From Octopus vulgaris (taxonomy: Eukaryota), in contig OX597829.1 of the NCBI GenBank assembly GCA_951406725.2, positions 13,640,001 through 13,704,000 on the forward strand: a stretch of 64,000 nt of DNA, written 5' to 3'. The notes beneath the pieces were generated by a model. It did not search any database and was not told the DNA's origin. It saw only the letters and a list, made by a program, of their open reading frames with translations. Both the position numbers and the translations under genes were made by a program. This document shows, piece after piece, positions 1 through 13,239 of the stretch. Within the stretch, counting starts at the first letter, position 1; each line of letters opens with the position of its first letter.

Positions 1-2341
1 ATGTCGTTTAGAAGGTAACCTTGCTTCCAAGCCGACGCCAAGCCACGCGCATTCACACAACCTAATTTAAGCATAATTGACGTTTACGAAAATTGTGTTT
101 TACACACTACATTGGAAGAGACAAGAGGCAAGAGGGAAGGTCACTTACTCATTTCGAAAGTTTTATTTTTTTCTTCTTCTTTTGTAGTGTCTTTGAGGAT
201 GTGTTTGTATAGTTTTTTGGAGAGGTATCGTTGAAACCCGCCTACCGCATTTGGAAAGTTGGTTTTGAGTGTATGGTGTTGTGTTTGTGTTATGTGTACA
301 ATTCTTATGTTTCGGTGGTGTGGTGCGCGGATGATTGTTTGTCTTAAAGTCATCTTCACAGATGTCCGTGTTGGATGCAATATAATCCATTAATTTTTTA
401 TTGTCTGTGTCTATTGCAGTTAGTTGTATGTGTGGTTTTGCGGGTTCATTGATTTTTTGGTTTTCTAGGGGGATGCTGTCCGGAGTTAAATATCTCCCTC
501 CTTTACTTCCTTGTTTGGTGGGCTTTTTTGATATTTTCCTTTTACCCCCTGTGGCTATTTGCCATTCCGTCGAACTTTCGTCGTCCGACGAATCAGAAGG
601 CAGTAAAGGCAAAGCATTTGCGTTAATATGTATGCTTGTAGAAATTGTTGATGTTTTGTGCGGTGTTTGTGTTGTTGTGGTGTTAGAGGTAGAATTTGTC
701 TTCTTGTCACTGTTTTCTGTCTTTTTAATTGTCGTCCTCGGTGTTGGTGTTGGTTTATCTCTTGTTGGTTCAGTATGTTGAATTGGTTGCGACCTTAACG
801 GTGATTGTGTTGGTACTGTTTCTTTTCTTGGTGACGTTGTTGGGGTTTGTTTGCTGGTTTGTTGTTTTTCTTGGCATTGTTCCATAATTGAGTGTGTTGG
901 TGTTGGTGTTGGCAACAAGGGTTTTTTATTTGTTTTCTGATTTGTTCTTTCTTGTTTTTTCTGTGCCAGAGCGCACTTGGCACTTAAATGTTCTGAGCTG
1001 CCACAGTTGTAGCATCTAGGCTTTTTGCCTTCTGCTACAACATATAGGCTTTGCCCATTTTCTAAATGGATTCTATCATGTAGGTTCTCGATAGAGAACC
1101 CCTCAATCTGGATGGTCACTACTATTGTTTTACCGCCCCAATTGTCGTTTTTGTACACGGCGGTTTCTAATATGTTTATCGTTTTCAAATGGTAACAGAT
1201 TGCCCCTTTTATCCATTTGTTAGGTATCTCAGGGGGTACATTTTTAATACTAATTCTACTCACTCTCTGGCCTTTGTAATATCGTACCATGATGATTTCA
1301 TCATTTTCCAAAGACTCTGTAGAGTGAGCTTTTGCCACTTCCTGGTTAGGGAAGCGGACCACCACTGTATTAAACTGGGGACCCCAGTTTATATATTCTT
1401 TTTTTCATTATGTTTTTTAAACACTTTTCTATGTCCGTTTTTGTAATCTGTTCATTTTGTTGTTTTTTTTGTTTTTTTTTATAATTTTATAAATAATTGT
1501 CTTATTTTCTATTTGTTCCTTTATGTGTTGAGGTGTATGCAGCACTAAATCCTGCCCTTGGATTGTAAAGAATGCTCTCGTTTCTATTAACTCTTCATTC
1601 GTAAATTTTACTATTTCTTTTTTCTGACGCAGGGCGGCAGCGAAATTTACTGTTATATTCTGGCAGTTGTTGTCGTTGTGTGTTTTTGTTGTTGTTATAT
1701 CCGAAATATTCTTGTATGTGGCTTTTACAGCTGCTGTTGATTCTGTTGTATTAACATCTTCACTATTAGATGGTAAGATATTTATTTCATTTTTATTGTT
1801 GTTCTTCTTGTTGTTTTTGTTAATAGTATTCGCGTGAGTTTCATTTTAATCATTTATGTTGGTCATCGTGGTGGTGGTGGTGGTGGTGGTGGTGGTGGTG
1901 GTGGTGGAGGTGGTGGTGGTAGCAGTAGTAGTCACGTTGTTGTTGTTGTTAGTGGTGGTGGTGGTGGTGGTGGTGACAGGGCGGTTACCGCAAGTGGTTG
2001 CAGCGTTCACTACCATGTCATTCAGGTTTGTCGAACGTGTGTGCGTGTATAAGTCCTTTTTTTCTCCTAGCGTTTCAATTCTAGGAAAATGCTGGTCCAT
2101 AAAGGAACGCGACCAGCTTTCTACAATAACATTTCTCGACATTTTTTAATGTCGAGAAGAAAATATACACAAATTAAATAGGGTTGAAACTGCCCCTAGG
2201 GGCGATTCCTCCATTGGAAAAGCACTCAAACGAAAGTTGGGTGCCTTACACACCTTATTTACAAAAATGTACACAAAATATGGGCTATAAATAGTCAAAA
2301 TAAACGATTACCTTCGGAGCCGAGGTGACAACACGTCCGTC
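1..2341 (-). mobile_element. Tx1/L1-clade LINE, 5' part (5' UTR, frameshifted ORF1, start of ORF2 running off the window)
   Basis: ORF1 begins MSRNVIVE (2142) and contains a CCHC knuckle CYNCGSSEHLSAKC. Bases 1-130 match the ORF1/ORF2 junction of the copy near 22840-22970. The 5' end abuts (GATA)n at 2342. Confidence 0.9.
163..1365 (-). pseudogene. LINE ORF1 (gag-like zinc-knuckle RNA-binding protein), main open segment
   Basis: 400 aa frame with CX2CX4HX4C followed by a Thr/Pro/Lys-rich region; the N-terminal part at 1846-2142 is separated by frameshifts. Confidence 0.85.
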
Positions 2342-2492
<151 letters not shown>

Positions 2493-2880
2493 AACTTTTT
2501 ATTGTGGCCACACAGGGCTAAACACAGAATAAAAATGGACGAAATACAATGTAGAGTTTTTTTTTCGAGGTGGGATGGGTGGGACATACAAAGAAAAAAA
2601 AAAGGTTCGATCAATAGGGATCTGTATAAAAATATAATATATATATATATAAATAAAGTTCACAGTTTAGGCGTAGCCCTGGAAAGAAAAAGCTACAAAA
2701 AAGACCAAGGTCACCTCAGACAGTTCGAAAATGAACACATGAGTAAGTCGCCTTACCTCTCGTTGTCTCTTTTGGTCACAGATTTACGCTTAAAATAGTG
2801 TCGCCTTTCATACTGACCATTTTTGCCACTTTTACCCACTTTTTATTAAAACATTCGTTCGACAAAGACTTCCTCTCTAG
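2493..2880 (-). mobile_element. 5'-truncated Tx1 copy (ORF2 C-terminus plus 3' UTR)
   Basis: Closely matches 19452-19855; flanked by CATA/GATA repeats on both sides. Confidence 0.92.
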
Positions 2881-3068
<188 letters not shown>

Positions 3069-3452
3069 ATGTTTCTAGAAATTATCTTTACGGTGCTCCT
3101 TGTTTTGTATTCTTGTTCTTGTATTTCCATCTGAACCTATCCCATCCAACTTCTTATAATTACTCAGAATCGATTTATTTCCTTTTCATTGATATTAAAA
3201 AAATAAATATGTTGATTATATTTTGATAGGGGACATATTGGCACCTCTACCCAGATATGTTTTAATACTTAGTGCATGTACAAATACTTTCACCGTTGAC
3301 TAACGCCTCTGGCACGTTGACTTGACCTCTCAAGACAAATCTGGCAATCTTCAACAGAAACGCACGACCTATGATCCCTATAACTCCAGCCGTTGGTCTA
3401 TCGAAAAAAAAAAGAAAACAAGAAATGGAAAAGAATAACTAAACAAAAGGAA

Positions 3453-3550
<98 letters not shown>

Positions 3551-3729
3551 ATAGATACATACGTAAACGAATAAAAGGCTATAGCATTGCATTTCAGTCA
3601 GTAGTGCGATAGCATTTACTTTCAGTTAAGTAGAAAGGATATTTTTGCAACAGATGGTAATAGCTTTCATGTGGCTTTTCCATACATATAGCAATTTATC
3701 GACTTCTTATAACCAAGCATGTGGCCATT

Positions 3730-4015
3730 TTGTTCTTATTTTTGTTGTTTTCTACTCTTAGGTGAGTTCTGAGCCAGCAGGCTTGGGATCAACAGTGTTC
3801 CAGCTGTGACCACCATGTCTTCTTGCATTCAGATATAAAATATCAAAAACTGCACCATAAGGTACATAATCAAGAATTTGATATTACAGCGGCCATATTT
3901 TTTGTAGTTTAACCCCGAGTTAAATCCGATCCAGCAAATATATAATCAAATGAGTTCCAGCTGTGACCATCCTGTCTTTCTTTTCAGATAAAATATATAC
4001 AGGACCACAAGGTAA
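3730..4015. repeat. Two tandem diverged copies of an old interspersed repeat (core gttccagctgtgacca)
   Basis: Core at about 3797 and 3954; reverse-complement relatives (gtcacggctgga) near 17750 and 19020. Confidence 0.55.
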
Positions 4016-4280
4016 TATCAGAAACTTTCTGACTGCTCTCTGTCTGTTTGTATGTCTGTCTGTCTGTCTCTGTCTGTCTGTCTCTCTCTCTCTCTGATTG
4101 TTCGCTTAAATGTAAATACATGCGCACCTTATTATAATTAATGTGTGTGTGTGTGTGTGCACATGTATATATGTTTGTGTGTATATATGTATATATACAA
4201 TATAACGTACACAGATAAATATTGATATATACATATATACTTACAATCACGTACATTTGTATATAAATATATATGCACAT

Positions 4281-6923
4281 TAGGGTTATGACTTTTTCAC
4301 AACCTATTAACCCTATCATAAAAATCAGGAAACTAACGTTTATTTTGTTTTATAGAATAAAACGTCAACTCCAACTTAAGAAATCGATCACCACTTTTGA
4401 CCCAAATCATGCAAAATTCTTGTGGAATTCATAACGCCTACTCAAGTTTTTACCAAACTTGGAATGCTGACTCAATGCAATGCAGAAATAGTATATCTGA
4501 AATGTCAGCTTTCTAGTTGAAGTAGTATCGGAGTTACGAGCATTTACTAGGTGGCACTAGATTCACACTTCAGTATTTCCGCTGCCTAAATCCTTGTAAA
4601 CGCAAGAGATGTGGAATAAAAGTGTATTTATACATTTTTAAAGATTACTGAATTGAAATTGCTCTATTCAAAGGTTCAAAAGTAGGCTATTTTAAGACAG
4701 AGGCCACTACAAGCATTCGATAACATACAAAATTAAAAATAATACATATTTTAAACTTTATAGGTTTAATTCCTATTTTAAATAACTGTATAAGAAAAAT
4801 GGTGCTGAGTGTTAGTAAAGTTTTAAACATAACAAAGAATTAATATGTTCAGTTAGATAAAAAAAAATTTGAAGATGAAGTTTCTCCTTCTTTTTACAAA
4901 CATCATAAAGATCTTGAAGCCACTTGATTGCCCGTTCTGCACTCTGATTTGTTCTGGGAATTTCCAGTTTTGATGGTTCTGGACACCAAAAGTTTTTCAC
5001 AGAGTTCAATACTTTTTTTAAGAACTTGCAGGCTACCACATAAATTCTGATAATCATGTGCATTAAACATTTGGCCAGTAAACCAAAAATCTGCCCAGCT
5101 GTCAGAGATGGATCGACAAACATTGAGAAGCAAAACTCTTTTCTCTGGTATGTCAAAAGAGCTAGTATTGCTCGAGAAGTCATCTTGCATTACTTAAGTT
5201 GGGTATTTTCTGAAACTTTACAGTGGGAAATTTGCCGGTTTCTTCAAAGAAATGAAAAACTCCGATCAACTGAAATAGAAATTTCATTTAAACTCGCCAT
5301 ACTGTTGATTCAGTAATCTTTTCGCTATTGTTGAAATTAGCCTGGAGTTTCTCGTAATTATTTACAAGATCTGGGATGAATGTATATTCATTATTGGGAA
5401 ATGACTGTTTTTCTCGAAGTTCGCTATCCATTTCAACACGAAGAATTCTACCAAGGATATGACACTGATAACCAATAAATAACGGTTCTTTCAAACCCTT
5501 TCGAGCAATGTCTTTGCGACAGAATGACAATGTCATTTCTTTTCCCAGCGTTCACACCCGTAGTATCAGCGACAATCATTTTTACACAGATTGTATTAAT
5601 CTAAAACTGCTGTTATTCTTTTCAAAACAGTATCGGCTTTCCCGTTTGGTAATTGGAGTACTTCTACCTTAACATCTACTGTTCATTCTTTAAAACTAGC
5701 ACTCGGTATTCTTGGTCATCAATATGTTTACCATCAAAATGCAATTACCAGTTTTACTAATGTAATGTTTTCTTCATTTTCTCTTTTAGTTTAACAGCTT
5801 CTTTGATAGTCGAGATAATTGTCAACAAATTGTTGCTTCTTGCTGAGTTGATTGCTTGGAAGATATTACTAACTTAGTTGCAGCTCCAGTTTTGCTATAC
5901 TTCCTCCTTGTTTGTGTGGATTCTTCATCTGATCTTTCAGTCTCTGCTTCAGCTGTTGACGATGGCAATGGAGTTGCTCTGGTTGAAGTTGACATTAAGG
6001 ACACATTTCTTTTGGATGGATAGTTTTGGAAGTGGCTGCCTGTCCATTTCCATACCCAACCTGTCCCTTGCTTTCAATTTGAAGATCATATAACCTTCTA
6101 TCCTCACTGCACAGCCATTCACCGTTTTCCTTCGTGGTGTCAAAATTTCCTTTCAGTGAATCGTATTTTACTCGTTTTACACATTTATCGTAGGTATTCA
6201 GCACTTTTTCTACTTTTGCATGTACATTTTGAATTGATAAATATGGGAAATTTAATTTCTTTTGCCATAAAAAAGTTACTTCTTTCGAAGTTTACTTTGT
6301 ACTTTCTTTCCTTCCTTTGGTGGTACCTCCAAGGTATAGGGAGCGACCGACAATTTGAAGTTTCATTGGTATCCTGCAGTTGTTTTCCAAAGAATTATCT
6401 TCTAGAGCAACAGGTCTTCTTTTCCTATGTGAATTTTGGAATTGCACGAGATTCGTCGTCCAAATTTTTGTTTCTTTGTGTGACACAAGCACTTCTCTTA
6501 TGAGGCATTATTTTAGATACTTTAGTTGGGCAAGGCTACTATTCTGAAAGGCAGTTAATATGGTCAGAGTTTTTAGCGTCACATAAATAAAAAGGAGAGG
6601 AAGAGGATATTTCCTAATGTAGGGCCTAAGTGGTAACAAATTGAAAACTTTAAAACTCCCAAACTACTTAAACTTGAAAGCTGAAATTTGAGATACACTG
6701 CTTCTGCATAGCATTAAGTCAGCTCACCAAGTTTGGTAAAAACTTGAGTAGTTATTATGAACCCCGCTAGAATTTTGCATGATCTGGTTCAAGAGTGGCG
6801 TTAGATTTCTTCAGTTGGGGTGATGTTTATTTTTTTTAACTTCCCTACTTATATAAACATTTTCATTGACTTTTGATACAGCAAATTGGTTGCTTCCCAA
6901 AAAATCAAGAAGTGATAAACCTA
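4281..6923 (-). mobile_element. hAT-superfamily (hATm-like) DNA transposon, decayed
   Basis: Termini TAGGGTTATGAC...GTGATAAACCTA, roughly 250 bp imperfect TIRs, 8 bp TSD atgcacat/atgcatat. Minus-strand fragments LHFDGK, VADTTGVNAG, YQCHILGRIL and TNQSAERAIK resemble hATm transposase motifs. Confidence 0.85.
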
Positions 6924-7003
6924 ATGCATATACATACATGAGTGTGTACTTGTATATATGAGTTATATAAATTGATATATAAATGAATACATACGTTTAC
7001 ATA

Positions 7004-7057
<54 letters not shown>

Positions 7058-7227
7058 CGTGTGTGTGGAAATATCTATCTACCCATACATATATATACAC
7101 ACACACATACACGCACATACACACACATGATATAAAACATCGGATTTTGTTTATTCTAACTTGTATTGGTTTATTTTTTATTAGTTGACATTTCTATATT
7201 TCAGATTCTATATGTGACTGTTTAATC

Positions 7228-7350
7228 ATGTCATCTACAAGAGAAGCCTTGGAACCGTCTGAATTTCAAAGAAGCCGTATTGTAGGTTAATCTGAAGGTG
7301 GACTTTGTGTAAATTTGCAGAAAACCCTGAGATTCCACTTTCTACGATTA
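7228..7350 (+). mobile_element. Tc1-like transposase N-terminal fragment
   Basis: Translates MSSTREALEPSEFQRSRIVG*SEGG, similar to the Tc1 paired-like HTH start; cut off by (TA)n. Confidence 0.55.
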
Positions 7351-7509
7351 ATATATATATATATATATGTATATACGGTGTACATTTAAACACATAAGAA
7401 GTAACCATCATAGGAAACCTAGCACGCTAGAAAGAATAGCCAAAATCCAAACCACTATTAGGGATAAATTTCGAAGGGAATGAAGAATAAAAACATTTAC
7501 CATCTATCT

Positions 7510-7579
7510 CCTGGACCATGGTTTCTAGCTCTATATTAGCAAATTAAATTATTTGCCAGGCGGAGCTTTCATCATCAGG
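7510..7579 (-). ncRNA. Type I hammerhead ribozyme-like motif (Penelope-associated)
   Basis: CCUG-aUGAUGA-a-AGCUC...GAGCU-a-GAAA-CCAUGG-UC-CAGG: stems I and II pair, stem III is palindromic, GUC site; core C3 is A. Confidence 0.7.
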
Positions 7580-7744
7580 TACGCCAAGATCAAACATATA
7601 AATACGAGGTAAAATCTAGCTTGTGCCCCGTGCTTATATATTATAACTTTTCAAATCCAACGCGCAAGCAATTGAAAATAATGCCGTCATTTCTTCGAAA
7701 ATTTGCCAAAATTTATCAATAATTAATAATATTAATTTTTATGT

Positions 7745-8105
7745 GTTTGAGGTGGCACGAGTTGAATAATAGGTATTGTTTAGAATATGTGGGTTTATAG
7801 AAGATGTCTGTTTCGATGTGGGTATTGACTATTTTATTTAGGATGTCAAGAAAAGGGAATTGTTTCCTGCTGTGCTCCATGGTGAATTGTATGTTGCTAT
7901 AATATTGTTAAGTATTATTTTGAAATCGAGGAGTTTGTCCATGATATCTTTCCAAAGTATAAAGAAATCATGCAAATACCTCTTCCAGTTATCCTTTAAA
8001 TAGCAATGAAATGAGGTGCCATATTTTTGTAGTGATGATTGATATATTTTAAGCTCTAGGTAACCCATTACAAGGTTCGCAATCACTGGACCAGCTCGGG
8101 TTCAC
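7745..8105 (-). mobile_element. Penelope-like reverse transcriptase remnant
   Basis: ANLVMGYLE, WKRYLHDFFILW (decayed RYIDD) and downstream FLDIL...TDIFYKPT are typical of Penelope-like RT. Confidence 0.8.
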
Positions 8106-8276
8106 GAGAAAAAATAATTCACGAAAAATAATTTGCGAAGATACCATTGACTCTGTTATTAACTAGTGTAACAATTTTAAAATGATAATAACAGAATCAA
8201 TAATATAGGCGATTACGGGCCCAGATTTTTAAAAAGCATTAAATAGCTAAAGGATTAAAATTAATCAAAGGAATAT

Positions 8277-8591
8277 TAAGTATGTCTACCTGCTGTCTAA
8301 GTATGTTTACTTACTAAGTATGTCTACCTTCGGCGCAAAACGAATCAGTTGCAGCGCAGACTTCAACACGATGGGTTGGAAGTTTCTATCATGGTAACGC
8401 ATGCTGAGGAAGCTAAGGCTATTTTTGCCAGTGCAGAAACCGGTCCACGGGAATCCAAATACTTGAATGTGCGTTGGGAGATTGTCATAGCGCGTTTGCC
8501 TTCGGACGGTTCATTTCTGTAGTTATTATCAGTGTATTTTGGTGTTTAAGAAAAGTTTTGACAGTTATTTCCAGCAGGTAGACATACTTAG
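8277..8591. repeat. Short inverted-repeat module, possible MITE or DNA transposon remnant
   Basis: taagtatgtctacctgctg at 8277, two partial tandem copies, and the reverse complement cagcaggtagacatactta at 8572. Confidence 0.5.
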
Positions 8592-8747
8592 ATTTGTTAT
8601 ATATAATTTTTGTATACATCTATTAATTTTGCCCATACAGTTTTAAGCTTGCGGCCACTAACATTATTATCTCTCTTGAGTATTAATGTTCCATATATAT
8701 ATATATTACTAATAGTTGTCTTACGTGTTTTCTACATGTAACTCCCA

Positions 8748-9069
8748 TTGAAACGATGCTCCACCCACCATACACCATATTCTCCAGACATTACCCCATC
8801 TGATTATCATTTATTTCGCAGTCTTCAAACTTATTTGAACGGAAAAATATGAATTCTGTAGGCGAGGTCAGAACAGTACTGAAGGAGTATTTTTCGTCAC
8901 AGACAACTGAGTTTTAGAAGAGAGGCCTTGCAAGTCTACTAGATAGATGGAAGAGCATTGTAGAAAATGAAGGATAGTATATTTTGCATTAAAAAATAAC
9001 TTTGTTTATCGTAATTTTGAAAAATAAAAGAAGTATAAAAGGCTGCATTATTTATGGGATGAACCAATA
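8748..9069 (+). mobile_element. mariner transposase C-terminus and right TIR
   Basis: HPP..YSPDITPSDYHLFRSLQ motif, then ...RWKSIVENEG and a terminal gggatgaaccaa-TA. Confidence 0.85.
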
Positions 9070-9549
9070 GTTATTTTTTCTCGCATCCTTTCTCTAATTC
9101 CCGTTTTTCCTCCACTTCACCGTTTCATGACTGTCTTACGGACAGCACATATCCTATCTCTCTCTTCTACATTTTCTGTTGCCGAAGGAAATATTTCTCC
9201 TGCGTTCGCTATTATATCCTCGTTCTGGTTTAACGATCCCCCATGTTTGTTTTCGTTCCGCTTCCTTGTTTGTCACCATTGTCCTGTTTTTGTTCCCAAC
9301 ATTGACCGTCTTTAAATTCCAACTTTTATTTTGGTACTTATGGGAGCAGCTGTCTTCCAAGACTCACATTGTCATTCAATGCTCGAAATGAGGGATAGAT
9401 AGCCGCTCGACAACTGATGAAGGATCGTTCTTTGTGTTACTTGTCTTGTTTTCCAATTGTGTCAGTCATTGTTTGCGTATTGAACTCATTTACTTACGTA
9501 TTTCATGTTGTTTACTGTTGGTGACATCGTGTTCCCATATATGCATGTG

Positions 9550-9603
<54 letters not shown>

Positions 9604-9611
9604 TATATATA

Positions 9612-10557
9612 TAGGGGTTGGACAAAATAATGGAACACCTTATTTTAATATGGGGTAGGACCGCCTTTGGCAGTAATTACAGCTTGAATTCTACGAGGTA
9701 TGGACTTGCACAAAGTTTGAATTGTTTCCCAATGAATTTTTGTCCATTCTTTAGCTAAAAAATCTCCAGTTCTTGTAGTGATGATGGTGGAGGATATCGA
9801 CTCCTTACTTGTTTTTCTAAAATGCACCATAAATGTTCAATAATATTGAGATCTGGGAACTGTGGTGGTAAGATAAGATGTTCAAATTCACTTGAATGAT
9901 CCTTGTGCCATTCAGTAACGACTTTAGTTGTGAACTGGTGCATTATCATCCTGAAAGATTGTGTTTCCTTCCGGAAACAGTTCCGCAGCTATAGGATGAA
10001 TTTGATCAGATAAAATGCTTAAGTAGTCTTGACTATTAATACTGCCATGGAGGTAAACCATTGGGTCGGTGGATTTCCAAGATATAGCCCCGACCCAGAT
10101 CATTACAGATCCTCCTCCATGTTTACCAGTTGGAAGAAGGCTGTCTGGGTTAAATGGGAGGAGTTCAACGGTCCCTATCTAGAAAGTTTTGGTTTTGTTC
10201 CGGAGTTTTGTTTTGATGATGAGGTTTTTCCCTCTTTCTCAAAGGCTGTCATTACTTTCAAGTCAGTACTTCTTGATACACCAAACATTTCGGCTGTTTT
10301 CGTTACACTAGCGCCTGCCATACAGGCACCAACAACTTGACCTCTTTCAAAGTCCGATAGATCTGTCATTTTAATGAATTTTAATTACCTTTTTCTGATG
10401 AAATCTGAAAAGAAACAGCATTTTTTGCAAAACATATTAAGCAACACTAATAATAAATCAAAAAGCATAAAAATAAACAAGCTTTTGACGGTTTTATAGA
10501 CATTTCAAAACTACGATGCTATGATACTAGGTGTTTCGGTTATTTTTTCCAACCGCA

Positions 10558-10558
<1 letters not shown>
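9612..10558 (-). mobile_element. Tc1-like transposon, internally deleted
   Basis: About 30 bp TIRs (aggggttggacaaaataatgg / ggttattttttccaaccgcag) inside (TA)n. Fragments MTDLSDFERGQVVG, FQDDNAPVH, PPQFPDLNIIEHLW and IPRRIQAVITAKGGPTPY. Confidence 0.93.
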
Positions 10559-10622
<64 letters not shown>

Positions 10623-10731
10623 TACATACATATATATACACACAGACAAATATATATATATATAGAGAGAGAGAGAAAGACAGAGAGAGACAGAGACAGT
10701 AAGACACAGCGAGAGAGATATACGTGTATAA

Positions 10732-10762
<31 letters not shown>

Positions 10763-10883
10763 CATACACATCTGAGTGTATATGTATCTACGATTGTGTG
10801 CATTCATGAATGTGTGTGTGTATGCGTATGTATGTCTGTGTGTTTGTGTGTGTTTGTGTGTATGAGTGTGTGCGTGTGTGTGT

Positions 10884-10934
<51 letters not shown>

Positions 10935-10948
10935 TGTGTGTGTGTGTG
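10559..10948 (+). repeat. Compound (TA)n/(GA)n/(CA)n/(GT)n microsatellite
   Basis: Directly visible. Confidence 0.97.
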
Positions 10949-11779
10949 AAGTCTAGAAGGATATAGAGACGTACAAGCAACGGTTGGCAAGGGAAATATA
11001 GACGTTCGTTGACATTTGTGGGCAAGAAAGACTAACAAAAAAATTAAGGGTGTAATCATAATAATGTTTTTCCGGGTGAAGATCGATCTGTGATATAATA
11101 TCGTTAAAGGTGAAAATGACCTGTTTAATTGAAATATCGGCCTATTGAGATTTCAATGTGTGTTTAGGTTTTTATATACGTTGCATAAATGATTGTATAG
11201 TTACTAAAATAAATACACCTATGCAGACGATGTAATTGTAACGGGATTTGTTTTGTTTCTGCTGCTGCTGCTGCTGCTGCTGTTGCTGCTGCTACTACTA
11301 CTGTTGCTACTGCAACTACTTCTTGCTGTTGCTGCTGCTGTGTTGTTGTTGCTATCTGGCACATGCCTCCTCTATCAGGAAGTCTCATGTCACGTACGTA
11401 GTCTATAGAATAATATTTCTGCGATACATAAGGACCATAGGTTTTGCTATGTCATAACCTTCGCCTAGTTGCAAATTGTATTTCACATCTTGACATTCAA
11501 TGATTAATATGTGATGTAGTGGTACTGTTTTGACAGAGTCCATTCTCGTCACTGATTTGATTATCTATTTATGCTACTGTCGTTGTTCCTGCTGGTGCTT
11601 CTGCTGTCGTTGTTGCTACTGCTTCTGCTGTTGTTTTTGGTAAACTGGAGCAAGAGATAGTGCCAATACCTTTACAGCCACTCCGAGACTGGCGAAATCG
11701 ATGTCGTTAATGCCCCGTTTAAACTTATGCAGACCAACACCTGCATGAAATGAATGAGAAAATTACAAAGGGTTGATAT

Positions 11780-12560
11780 TCAGGAAGGAGTTACTAGAGA
11801 TAGCTATTAGTGCGACGAGTGATAATAAAGACGAGTATGTCGCGAGTGATTGGATGAAGTAGGTACGAGATCAGCCAGCTCTTTTTCTTTAAATGCAGCC
11901 CCACTCTGAGTGCATAACCGGAGTATCGTCCTTGATATGAGATCCGTGTTCCCCTATGAGTTTCACCTGATCTTTAGAAGGACGGTATGAGAAATTTGGT
12001 GGGGGACAAATACTCCCTGATTTTGAAGAAAAGTGCCAGCTTTTGGGAAGCGGTCTACCGTGAAGATTCTGATTACCTCTCAAGGGGAATGTGTGCGGTT
12101 GTGTTTCTTTGATATCATTACTGTTTGATATTTTTATCTGTTTGAAGAGATGATTACATTTACCACGCTGCAAGATACTTTCTAGGTCTCCCTTCATGGA
12201 ATCAATGTGGGATGAGGGTGGATGATGTATAGTTGGAGAAGTTTATGAAGGAATGAAGGGGTGTATCTTTCGCATAAGAGTGGAAGTTGTTAGATGTGAC
12301 GGGAATGGGGCACTGATGCTATAGAATGAACAGAATAGCGCACGAAACAGAACCCTAGGGCTTACCAGAATGATGCTATCTGGTTGTATTTAAATGGTTG
12401 TGATAAGAAGCTACCGAGCCAAGAGTTGAGAAATTGATCACGATAGACTCTCCTATATTCCCTGTAGAAATTCCTCGAAGGAGAGCTGCAATCTTCGATA
12501 AAATGTAGCCTTTACAGGAGTAGCAAGTATCTGGAGTGTTAAGAGATGTTCATAACACTT
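11780..12560 (-). mobile_element. Highly decayed LINE RT (Jockey/CR1/L2-group-like)
   Basis: Decayed motifs GKP*GSV..ILFIL (PQGS), YAKDT (YADD) and KDQVKLIGEHGSHI (like KAQVRPxxEYCSHIW). Confidence 0.55.
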
Positions 12561-13239
12561 CCCAGATTGAGCAATGCAATCTTTGCATAACACAACAATC
12601 TTTGTATTTCATAAAAAGTTAGTGGAAAGAATGTATAAAGAACACTTGATCATTTTATTTTATTTTATGTTATACGTGCTCTGAAGAAATATTTTTGCAT
12701 CGAACCTTATAAAGGCCATTCAGAAATAATTAATACTGGGAGTGCTTTTGTGGGATGCAACCGATTTGTAGCGAACTGTACAGATAAGATAGTACAAATA
12801 GTGTGACATACCCGAGATGCAATGAAACAGAGGAATTTGTTTTATAAACCTATGACTAGTTTCTTTGTGTGCTTGTGTATGTGGATCTACCTACCAACCA
12901 CCCTTCCTTACTCCCTCTCTCTCTCTCTCTCTCGCTCTTTGTTATTTACTATCGCTACTCCTTTGTTTCTCTTTCTTACGTAGCCCCATATTTATCTATT
13001 CCACAGCAAACCTCGCTAACCACTAAATCTAATCCTTATTCCTCAGACGGTAGAAGCTGGAGATTTGCACCTTCACCCTGTCGTTTGTGCATCCTTCACT
13101 CCTCTTACATCCGTCAACTCACCGTTGTTCCTTCTCAATAACTGCACCGATGTCAACTGTTGTAGAAGGTCTGTTTAAACTCAATATTCTGACCCTTCAT
13201 TCTGATCAACACATAATTATTACTATTATTATCATTCCG

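Noticed and set aside
401-781. Hydrophobic antisense ORFs over Tx1 ORF1 (also 23330-23725, 24415-24843, 58448-58984)
   Set aside because: Expected by-product of A/C-rich sense strands, which have few stop codons in antisense.
9380-9425. GAAA...CUGAUGA hammerhead candidate near a TA tract
   Set aside because: I could not build consistent stems I-III; it may be a decayed Penelope end but is unsupported.
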